A stretch of DNA of 64,000 nucleotides from Bigelowiella natans CCMP2755 (taxonomy: Eukaryota > Protista > Cercozoa). The notes under the pieces are model-generated. The model ran no database searches. It was given only the letters and a program-made list of their open reading frames with translations, and was not told the DNA's origin. A program made the position numbers and the translations under genes. Position 1 is the stretch's first letter; each line of letters starts with the position of its first letter. Positions 14,758-25,748 of this stretch are shown here, in pieces. The stretch spans positions 1-64,000 of the forward strand of contig ADNK01002607.1 of the NCBI GenBank assembly GCA_000320545.1. Reading direction: 5' to 3'.

Positions 14758-15448
14758 GTGCGGGATGCAATTCCACACACCATAATCTATGCTCTGTCGT
14801 CGGTAAGATTGCATATCCACGGGGATTCCACCACCATCATCATCATCATCATGATCATGATAATTTTTTATCAGGCAAGAGCTTTTTACGGGGGCCGCTA
14901 CTACGTGCAGCTTCTCGAAGATAGGGTATTACGAGCTTGGAGGATGATGATGATGATACACATCACACACCATGCATATAGTGCCATAATGATAAATTTT
15001 GCTGATTTCTGCTATCATCCTTGGGTACTGCTCCTCTCCCCGACTTAGTGAGTGCGGAGTGGGGGATGTCGGTGTGATATTTGGTGCGCAGGCAGCATGT
15101 TGATCCGAGTCCGTGTTCTTTTCTTCTTTTTTTTCCTTTTGTTTGACTGGCTATTTTGCGTTGCCTTTGTCGTCTCAGGGAATCAAACCCGGGCAGAGAG
15201 GGGATGAGGTCACTACGATCAAGAAAGAAGCGGTGATAACACACACACACACACACACAGGCGCGCGCGCACATACACTCACATCAAGTATTAGCAGAAA
15301 TGAAGGGGATGTCGCGATTGAATTTGAGCCATCCTCACCTTTACTTGCACGTTCTTCAGGGTTTCCGCCCTGACAATGAGATTCCTGAAACAGAAGCCGA
15401 GTTTCACAAGTAAGTAAATGCAGATAGTTGTCGTAGTAGTTGTTAGCT

Positions 15449-15487
<39 letters not shown>

Positions 15488-15676
15488 TAGTAGTAGTTGT
15501 GGGTATAGTAGCTGAGCAACGTCACCAAAAAAGTAAGGGAGAAAATAAGTAAACGATATGTGGCATGTCGTAGAATTATGTTTCACAGGGGGGGGGACAA
15601 CAATCCATCAACAAGTATTGAGTGAATATCTTTATATCTTTTAGAATTAGTTTCCCCAAGTTATATACTTGTGGAG

Positions 15677-15711
<35 letters not shown>

Positions 15712-16918
15712 TTCTATTTTGCGGAATGTGAAATGTTATGCACCTACCTACCATCCTAATAATTCTCATCGTCTCATCATCTCGTATCTATCAGACCGAC
15801 TTTCAAAACTGCAAATCAGTGGAAAAGCATCTACTTAACTTTGACTGCGTATCCGCGACTGGCAAACTATTTCAAGTGATACTGTTATTTATTTTCTGAT
15901 GATATTAAGGGCGGTTGTGGTGGTAGTAGCGGTGACAGTGATAACTCTTTAAGATCTCTCTCTCCAATAGCAACTTCTTTTGCGTACTATGTGTCCACTG
16001 TTCTTGTCGTTAATGTCGGTGTCATCCACTGCATTGTACAATGATCGCTAAGTTACGCATGACGCTGCTATGCGCAGATACTTTGGAGTGACCAGGGCGT
16101 ACCGAGAGTTCCGAATGCTGAGAAGGTCGGACGATTCTTCACGATGAGAACTAATAATATATTCATACAGCAAAACATACAACATCAAAGCATGGAACAG
16201 TGATAGCACTCACCCGTATCATCCTGAACCACAGAAGCTACGATGCGTCATCATTGTGGGTTGTCGTTGCCTCCTCACACCATGGCCTTCATATGAATTG
16301 CTACACCGATCGCTGTCGTTGATCAGCGCCATTGCTTCCTCCCGAATACCACAAAAAGCATCATGAGTTGTTGGCTCATGCATGCAAACAAGGCAAAGTA
16401 ACCAACACTATTTGTTGTTGTTCACGCAGGGAGCTAGATACCCTCAGACGACTGGTTGAGAAGGAGGACAAAGGTGGTGTTGGCGATGTTGATTAGGATA
16501 TTAGCCGTGTTTCTTGCGCATAAATAGAAAGATTCGGAACGAAAGTGCTGGGAAATGTGAAGTAGTAGTGGCTGCGGGCGAGTATGGTTTTCAATATACG
16601 TTTTTTTACAATGCGGTCGGTTTTCAATGGAGAGTCTTCCCAGGTGGGAAGGAGCTGTGTTACAGAACCCAAAATCGATATTTAAGGCATGGTCACTGCT
16701 GATTCAAATCGGGAGTTTTTGGGTGTCCGGGAAAAAAAGTATGAGTGTCTTATCCGGTTTTCCCATAAATAAGGAACCGCGGATGACGAAGATCTACTTG
16801 ATTTCTACCGTGATGCCTCCGGAAGCCGCACACCGGGTGACTCTGTGGACACCCAGAGGTATGCATGCATATATGTATGTATGTATGTATGTATGTATAT
16901 GTAGCAATATTTAATGCC

Positions 16919-16949
<31 letters not shown>

Positions 16950-17626
16950 GTGTGTGTAGCAATATTTAATGCCTAATATATTAGTGTATGCATATAGTAA
17001 AGATGTTTACAAGTATGGATGTACAGTGGATTTATGGATGTGCGTGTGCTTTGTTGCTTGTATCCTCATAAGATGGAGGAAGAAAACCGTTCGGAAGAGA
17101 CGAGGAGGTTGCTTCCACACGCAGCCGCCACCGCCACCGCCGCCACCACCACCATCACCTACAAATATTAATTATTATCATCCTCATCTGAGAGCATTTG
17201 GTTTGATAAACGAATGAGAGCGGGAAACTTGTATCTCCTTTTCCCCTATATTTTCTTTTTCCCTACGGTCGAAGTGCGACAATCACCATGCATATTTACC
17301 CTGAATATCAGGTGTGTTCTACGCTCGTCTGTGCCCACAAACATACAGCCTACCCTTACTCGAAATATATAGGTGATGAAAGTGATGAGGACTATGTTCC
17401 ACCAGGGGGCTACATCAAAAGCGGCAGTGGTACTGCGGAGCACAAAAAGGAAATAAAAAACAGCAAAGGCAGTCGCAGCCGAAGCCGTAGCGAAAGCAGT
17501 GCCGTTATTGACGAGGACGCTCCAGCTCAGGAGTCTGAGCACACGCCCTCCCTCCAACATAACGACAACGAAAACGAGAGCGCATGTACGGCAGCAACTC
17601 CACCACCAGCAGACGATGCAGACTAG
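13018..17626 (+). CDS. Hypothetical multi-exon protein (about 16 small exons; 5' exons probably within 12380-12770)
   Basis: Chain of mostly phase-compatible small exons between SSR-filled introns: LRMLDDLFQ|GYMDWDMPRLE..|ARAFYGGRYYVQLLEDR|..|ELDTLRRLVEKEDK|GTADDEDLLDFYRD..|RWRKKTVRKRRG|GDESDEDY..DDAD-TAG. No family recognised. Confidence 0.55.
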
Positions 17627-18671
17627 ATTAGACAAACATGGCATGTAAATTTGGTAGTGATTTTGACGAATTCATTGCTATCAAAAGTAATGGGTGTTTA
17701 GCCGACGAAGTTAGGAAGCTTCCGCCATCATCCTAAGCAGCCATGAACGTCAAAAAGCCGTAGACTGCATGTAATACAGCTGCTAAATGAGAGAGTAGTC
17801 ACTATTTCCAGCTTCCAAAGTGAGTAGACGACATATACAGCGTAGACAGTAGCAGTTGCAATGCATAGTGCTAATGACAACTTTGAACATGTGGCCACAG
17901 AGCGGCTGAGCGGGCTTCACAGCACTATGCTAGTAGCTAGAGCAGGCGCTACTACTAGGCTAGGCAGCGGACACATGTGTTGTTCAGATAGCCCTAGAGC
18001 CGATGTCTTGCTAGCCTGCTGATAATCTAGATAATGTGCGTGCTAGCGTGCATGAACACATGAATTGTTATGCACACATACTAGACGACTATTCGGCCAT
18101 CCTATGGCATCGCACGACGGATCAATCCGTCGTCTAGCTAGCTAGCTAGCCGTGCCTGGCTAGCGCAGTGTGAGCGATTGCATCAACCTAGCTAGTTAGC
18201 AACGCTGATACATGTGGTGTAGTTGCTATATGGATACGGTCGCCTATGTGCATGTGACATGCGATGCCACGCGTGCGCGTATACCTAATTACTAGATTAG
18301 CTAGTGTAGTAGTCCGCATGCACCGTAATGTACGATTATTTGATCGTATCACGCTCGCCAGGCTAGCAGGCTGCTGATGCACACGAGTGCAGTCTTGCTA
18401 CCAGAGATGCTGAACATTGGGCTGTGTGCATTGCTGATTGGCATGTCTACATGTGCTAGCAGCAGTACGTGGGCTCGTCCAATGTATCGCAGTGTCACAA
18501 TATAATAAAATGATGCACACAAATGTACGATATGCATGTACGATCATTACCTGTGCAAGAGTGTACATTGTTGCTGCCATTAATCACAGCTTGCATGTAT
18601 ATAGATCGATTGAGGAGGTCTAATAATTCTGTACACACACGAAAGCGTAATAATTCATCGTATCGTTGCTA

Positions 18672-19802
18672 CTAAAGATTTGCATTTGCGCTTTGATTTT
18701 TTCGTTGCTTCTCCTGATGCGCCTCCAAGAGCTTCCAGGAAATCTTGTCTTTCGAGGTGTCTAACGACCAGAGACAGATCTTTCCTTTCTCGTCCATGGA
18801 CGCTAAGTTGGTTCCAGTTGTGTCCCATGAAACGCTCCAAACTGGGGCCCCATGCGACGTTAATTCGCCTTCCAAACGTACCTCAGCCGCCTCGCTCCAG
18901 CTTGCTGGCCCCTTCTTCAAATCCTTTCCATTGAGTGTCCAGCTACTGGATGTTTTCAGCCCATATATGCGTATCTTATGATCGGAGCATGCAGTAGCGC
19001 ATCTATGAGTATGCACCCCGGGGTTGGGGGCCCACGCTACTGAAAGAACAGTCTTTTGTGCTTGGAGAGGAAGCTCGCAAACCTTCTCCCACAACACCTC
19101 CTCTCGACTCGAGATTTCACGACAGATGTGCACCATTCCGCCCGCAGCGGCAACCATCATCATTGGTGGATCGAACACGGACGGACACCATGACACGGAG
19201 GAGCACGTGTCTGTACCGTCAAAAACATACTTGCCATTGAGAGACCATTGGGTTATATTGGATGCTTTGTAGATTCGAACAGCGTTACTCCCCCTTGTAC
19301 AGATGGCTAATCTCAGCTCGCCGGAGCGAGCAGGGCCAAAGCTAATGTCAAGAACGCATCCCTTGCTGCCAGCATCGATAATCTTGTGCCTCTGGCGCCA
19401 GAACTTCCTTCCTGTTCCGATTGCAGAGCACTCCTCATAAATGCAGACAGATCCATCCCGAGAGGCTGATGCAAGTACACTTCCAAAATCAACGCTGCCC
19501 CAAATCACCTTTACTATGGAGCTCGTATGAACACGGGGAAGTTCAGAGGCAAGCTTCCAGCTTTGACCCTCGCCCTTGATTGAATCCCAAATCCGAATCC
19601 GTCGATCGGAGGAGCTAGTCGCCAACCGTTTCCCATAGAAGTCGTATTGAAGACAATGCACATTTGATCCATGCTTCGTCTCGAAGGAAAGTATGCTGGT
19701 ATCATTCGCATCCAAGAGTTTGGACGATCCCACACCAGCGCTCCAACGCTTCTCATCTGACTCCTCTGATGCTACGTTAAGGCTGCTCTGCATCTTGTTC
19801 AT
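18672..19802 (-). CDS. SEH1: Nucleoporin SEH1 / SEC13-family WD40 protein, intronless
   Basis: 376 aa ORF with VHCLQYDFYGKRLATSSSDRRIRIWD, HTSSIVKVIWGSVDFGSVLASASRDGSVCIYEE, VAWAPNPG, HGAPVWSVSWDTTGTNLAS, which is the SEH1 pattern. Confidence 0.85.
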   Translation of the reverse strand: MNKMQSSLNVASEESDEKRWSAGVGSSKLLDANDTSILSFETKHGSNVHCLQYDFYGKRLATSSSDRRIRIWDSIKGEGQSWKLASELPRVHTSSIVKVIWGSVDFGSVLASASRDGSVCIYEECSAIGTGRKFWRQRHKIIDAGSKGCVLDISFGPARSGELRLAICTRGSNAVRIYKASNITQWSLNGKYVFDGTDTCSSVSWCPSVFDPPMMMVAAAGGMVHICREISSREEVLWEKVCELPLQAQKTVLSVAWAPNPGVHTHRCATACSDHKIRIYGLKTSSSWTLNGKDLKKGPASWSEAAEVRLEGELTSHGAPVWSVSWDTTGTNLASMDEKGKICLWSLDTSKDKISWKLLEAHQEKQRKNQSANANL

Positions 19803-20010
19803 TGAATCTTATTCAGATGATGAGTTTACGTGTTCGCCATCCTTTGTGTATATGCTTGACAAACAAATGTTTCAGGGGGGTGGTCGCTCGCGTGCTTGCA
19901 TTGCTGGTTTTGGTTGAAGAAAAGCGGATGGTGGGTGTCCAAGGGCGTGTGCTATGACAATACTAATAAATGAGTAAACAATGATTAATTGAAAATGTAC
20001 AGTAATCACG

Positions 20011-20083
20011 GTCGACTTAGCTCAGTTGGGAGAGCGCTAGACTGAAGATCTAGAGGTCCCGGCTTCGATCGCCGGAGTTGACA
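20011..20083 (+). tRNA. tRNA-Phe(GAA), copy 1
   Basis: 73 nt cloverleaf: acceptor GTCGACT/AGTTGAC-A, D arm GCTC..GAGC, anticodon arm CTAGA-CTGAAGA-TCTAG, T arm CCGGC-TTCGATC-GCCGG, followed by an oligo-T terminator. Confidence 0.92.
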
Positions 20084-20154
20084 CATTTTTTATAAAACCG
20101 ACTTGTGGTGAAGTCATGTCGGTCACCATGATTTTTCTTTCTGGTATGACAACA

Positions 20155-20227
20155 GTCGACTTAGCTCAGTTGGGAGAGCGCTAGACTGAAGATCTAGAGG
20201 TCCCGGCTTCGATCGCCGGAGTTGACA
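20155..20227 (+). tRNA. tRNA-Phe(GAA), copy 2 (identical to copy 1)
   Basis: Same 73 nt sequence, followed directly by TTTTT. Confidence 0.92.
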
Positions 20228-20650
20228 TTTTTGCCACATTTAATACAGTTTATTTGCAGGGCTTTCACCTTCTTTGGCCGGACGTTCCAAATCCGTCTTG
20301 TAGTTTCCGCGTTCGCTCGCCACTACTTACGGAGTCTAATTTATTTTTCGCTAGGTACTTAGATGTTTCAGTTCCCCAGGTAATCTTTGTCTTTCTCGGT
20401 ATAATATTTTCGCATACGCGCCGTCACAAGAAACTGCAAATCACTGCATCCAAGGGTACATTTTTGGATTGTACTACTCAGTCGCATGTATGATTTGCAT
20501 TGCATTTATTCCTTTTTTATTTTCTAATACTGGCGTTGTAGCTGAATGGCTCAAAACCCATCCGTTGGTTTGGGGCAGAGAGAAAAAGCAACACGGAACT
20601 CACGTAGAGACCGCGAAATATCAGCGAGATCAGCGTGGAGTCCCAGGCCG

Positions 20651-22242
20651 ATGATTTGGGCCATTCTCCTCCTTGCTTGGACTCCCTTGGCTGAAGGCGG
20701 CTTGGAGGCTGAAGGAGTCTGTCAGGGGTGCGAGTTGATAATTGGACAAACATCTAGGCATGAAAAGGGATACCTTGTATATTGTGTTAGGGATGGAACG
20801 TGCACGCTAACATCATACGGTTCACTCTCTGAGCTATTAAAAGATTCCCATTTCTTGCAGCAAGTCTATCAGACGTCATATCGGTTGAATCTATTTCCAA
20901 TGTAGCTTGTATTAGTGTGCTGTACCAATATGGAGAATAATAATGCAGGTATTTCCCCAAGATTGTAGATGAAGAGACATTTAAGATGATCTCAGATGCA
21001 GATAAAGTAATATTTACGGATGGGTTCGAAAAATTAATATAAGACTCATAAATATTTTCGTACTTTGTTTGTTATCTCAGCGAATATTTGGCAAGTATGG
21101 AGCTACAAATAGGTTGTGAAACGAGTCTCATCTACGTACACTTTAGTATATGCACTAGTTACTGATGATTTTTAATAGTGAGCTAACGCTTGATTTTTAT
21201 CATAGGCATCTATTCAAGACGATAGTCAACGGAAAGCCAGAGCCCCTTGGGTGCAAAGAAAGATTCAATGAAATGTTCTAAATGATATTTATATCGCATT
21301 TTCTGTTCTTTCTATAACCACTCCATCTTTTCCTCATTCGATTTCATGATTACATGCTACTTAACACCGAAAGTGGCCCGGAAGGCCTTAGATCTACAGC
21401 TCCTATAATCGTCAATTCCGTGCAGGTACATCAAAATTTTTGCCCGATGCTTCGCACCGAATCCGTTTTACAGTAAAAATAGCCCTGGCTGTTGGAAATT
21501 CAATTATTTCACACAAGTGATCGTCGTCATGAATCAGGATGCGGATGAATCTTTGGGTGGGGAGCAGGGACTTGCAACGCTCTTTGAAGCTTCAGTATGA
21601 ACAACGTTTAGTTGTTATCAGTTGATATTGCATGCACTGTTTCAATACTGCGACCATAGGAGCTTAATACTTGTGCAGCTTTTCGCATTTTTCCCTGTCA
21701 TCGTTGTTGTTATCAAGGATATATCTAAGTTGAGGTCAGGCAAGCAACTTTCCTTGTCCTGAATTTGATGATATTCTTACCCTTTTGTCGCACCAATTTT
21801 CTCTTTCTCTCTCTTCCTGGCCCTCTAATATGTTACACACAAACATATACACGTTATATAAAATTATCTGATAAATATTGTCCTCAACGTCATGGGGTTC
21901 GCTTTCTGGTAGGACATCGGTGTCCGGCCGAACATCAACATGTATGTTTCCCCTGCAGATCGTATCGGTAATACCATGATACGTATGCGGCAGTTTTGCA
22001 AATAGCGCCCATTTTTAATAAAATAACTATTTATTTTATTCATGATAATTATATTTTCACAAGTGTTACAACGATTAATGCATGGATACGTTTGTCTGGT
22101 GAAAATTAGTGAACAAACAACAATATAAACATTTCCAGTGAGATAAATCTCTAAACATCCAAAGGTTTGACAGCGCATCATGATCCCCAAGACGTATTCA
22201 TTCTACAGGTCGGTCTGCAACAGCGTCGCTGTCGTCTCTTAA
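20651..22242 (+). CDS. Predicted secreted protein with N-terminal CxxC (saposin/canopy-like start), multi-exon, 3' end uncertain
   Basis: MIWAILLLAWTPLAEG signal-peptide-like start, then VCQGCELII. Several short exon-like segments flanked by AG/GT follow downstream. Confidence 0.4.
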
Positions 22243-22306
22243 GACGCAATGAATAAGACAAGATAGCAATATTGATGATGATAATGCGAGCTAGTGAGTA
22301 GTGCTC

Positions 22307-23980
22307 TTAGAATATACTGCCACTGAACGTAAATAACCGTGCAGCTCTCTGGATCCAAGATTTGGAAGGTGCTTTGGACGGGAAGAGTCGGAAGGAGAGA
22401 TGAGATGCACCCCATGTCATCATTATGATTACTACCATTATTTTATGACTAGGTATGCCATCCGATTGGAGGGGGGGTGGAGCTTCCCACGCGTGTCTCA
22501 GACGACCCATCACATCCTCTTTACTACCGGTAGTAAAAACACGAATGTGATAGCAGTGATGTAGATGATCATGATGATATTGGTACAAACGATCCGGTGC
22601 AGATTACTTACTGATGCTTTGCAGCGATGATGATGTTGGTGGCATGTGTCGTTCGGGGGAGATTCATCATCAATGGGTAGATTTCCTGTGATACTGGCCA
22701 CAAACTTTTATTGTTGCTTTTAGGTACACTGATGAAAAGCTTGAGAAGGAGGGAGCGAAATGTTGATACATAACTTAAAGAAGGCGCATAAGATGCACGC
22801 ACGCACACACATACACACACACACACATTCTTGGGAGAATGTGCACTTATTGCATCACAATTTAATTTGTACATAGGCGAAAGCTTCACGTTGAGGGAAA
22901 AGGACGTTTTGTAATATTCCACTAGGAGAACAGCCTCTTTCTTCTTCTTCTTCTTCTTCTTCTTCTTCTTCTTCTTCTACTTTCATTTTTGTACTCCTCC
23001 TCTCTTCGCATCTTCTCAACCCCTATTCATTTCTTCACTTTTGTTTACTGACAAGCCGACTGATGACTATCAAAACGAAAACATCGTCGTCAGGTATATG
23101 CCTCGAGGCACAATACACGCACCTCGTACGACAGCTTCAAACCACAGTGTCCATCTCACCATTGGTATTGTGTGCTGTTGCTGCCCTCTTCTTTTCTCGT
23201 TGTTCGTTGAGTTTCAAAACATCATTGCGCAATCATTATGAAATTCGACAAAATAAGAGCACAACAGTATACTGCTTGATGCCGGACAGGACGACTAAGC
23301 GTTCTGTCCGATTTCTATTTCATTTCACGATGCGCAGACTACCAATTTTTCACTTTCCCCCTACATCGTTATTCGGACTGTGGGTGTAGTCCATTCGCAT
23401 TCCGTCAGTTTTCTAGCGGGTTTCTGGTTTGCTTTCGATTTCTTTCGTAGATGATCATGAGGTAAATCATGAGAAGAGCATTTTCCTCCTAGCGCTAGCG
23501 CTGCTGCTGATGATGACATTCGACGATAGGCATTGATGGAGACTTTACATGGGGGGATTTTCTCAAGGTTTTGGCAAAATTGATGATTGAGGCATAATTT
23601 GAATCTCACAGTATGCAGCACATCGCATCCAAATATAAGTTGGGTAGTGACTATGCTACTTCTGCTTCCATCTTTCTTCGCGAAGTTACTGCTAACATCA
23701 TAGAAACAAAAACGTGAGAAGAAGCCATGCATCGGTTTCAATCCTACCAGTAATATCCCGAATCAAATATATTCTATGAAAATTTATTCATTCTGGTTTT
23801 TGAAGTTGCGTCGTACTTGACATACGTAAAGAGGAAGAAGCAGAAATGATACTATAGGGCAACGTGAATGAATGAATGATTAATCTACAGGGGGTGAGAC
23901 GGACGGGAGGCTTGAAGAGCAACGATGCATTAGCCGCGTACTTCGATTGTCTACCCGGCAGGTGATTCAAAGCGTGCGCG

Positions 23981-24011
<31 letters not shown>

Positions 24012-24250
24012 GGGGGGGGGGGGGGGGAGATTGATACGAGAATTAGTTCTCATCGTTTCAAGAAGAATAACTAACACCAAATCTCTCTCCTTCCCCAATC
24101 TGCTTCACTAATAAGATCACTCAACATGCTGGTGCCGCATCGAGCACTGCAAGGCGTGCCTCCTCATAGCGTACCTAAAGCCCTCGTGGAGCAATACCAA
24201 GACGGTGGGTGAAGACGGGGGATGGTAGCGTTATAGAAGAAAACATGACA
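22307..24250 (-). CDS. Possible hypothetical multi-exon gene
   Basis: Exon-like segments on the minus strand between SSR tracts (e.g. KEDVMGRLRHAWEAPP, APSKSWIQRAARLFTFSGSIF-stop, EYYKTSFSLNVKLSP). The model could not be fully resolved. Confidence 0.25.
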
Positions 24251-25748
24251 CTTTGGTTGGAAATTGAAGATCTATAAATTTCGGTCCGTCAATCAATGTT
24301 CCATTTTCATCATCATGATAATGTTCTGTTTAGAACTTTCCTCGCTGAGGTGGGGGAAATGTGACGATGACAGGTTTGTGTACGATTACTGCTCGATAAT
24401 ATTAGGCACACGCATGTCCAAGAGTTTATGATACGTATATTTAATGCTCATAGATGATCTACTAACAACAAAATTCATTTCAAAATTCCAGTCGTTCATT
24501 GTAGTTGCATAATATCTTTGTAGGCTTAATGATATTAAAAACTGTGCTGATTGCATTCAAAACACGATTTCTCTGATGAGGCAGCTTCAGATTCGTAAGG
24601 TAAAATGGGAAGAGATCGAGCTGAGTGCACATGAATATTACCCGCTGTTCTCCTGCATACGTTCCTGCTATTTTTGCAATTCTGTTGATATTTGATGTGA
24701 TTTATTTTTTGCACAACGGGGATACATAGGCGCAACAAGATGAAGTGAAAAGGCGCAATATTTGGAAATGAAAGTATCGAGATAACTGGATCAACAAGGC
24801 GCACTGTACCGAGTGCATCAGACATGCATGCTGCTAGTTGGAGGATTTCTATTTCGATCATGATCGATCATTCCCGAACTAGCGAATCTTGCTGCGCACA
24901 TGCAATGCAACGTACAAGCACACGCAACCTCGGGCTACATCACAGTGAGCAGAATTGATCCGATCCAGCTAGCCAGGCTCGTGCTACTAGCATGCATGCT
25001 TGCTAGCTTGCCCGCCACCATGCAACTAGGCAAGCCTGCACATCCATAGCTTGTGTGTGATCGATGCGAGCTAGCGAGGCTTCGCTATGGCTTCGGCAAC
25101 ACGCTGTCTAGCTTTGTCAATGCGCACAATCGTGATCAACTGGGCTAGCGGGCATGTGGCACAGCTAGCTGTGGCTAGACATGCAGCTTTCATTCTGCCG
25201 CTCACAAACCCATTTTGGAGAATGCCAACACCACATTCACCCTTGCTAGCTTGATTGTCATTTGCAGCCAACAGTCTAAGATTAAGCTGTCGAACTCCGA
25301 GTGCGACAGATGGAAAGACAATAGACATGCGTACATGTACTGTGTCCATGGCAAAGTAGTCACCACAGGAGCGCCACAATGGCCACCAAACTGCTGTCGA
25401 GCTTGCTTCCTCGGGGATAGCGCGCAATCGCGCAATGACGCTTTCTTAACCGGGTTCGGTTTCCCTAGCCAGAAATAATTTCAAGCGGGGTTGATCCCAG
25501 AGTTGTTTCCACCAAGGACCAACTTGATTCCTTACCTGCGACACGACAAAGAGAAGCATTCTAACCGTGCAAAAGAGCCATATTTTTCCATGAGGTTCTG
25601 AGGGGAATCTCCGCCTGCGACAACACAAATTGAGCATTTCCGTAAAGGTGCGTGCGGCTGGCGAGTAGAATACAGCTTCGATTCCCCCCCCTTTTTGTGG
25701 CAAAAGTCCTGGATATTCTCCCAATAGCTTCGAGAGAGTTTGTACGGC

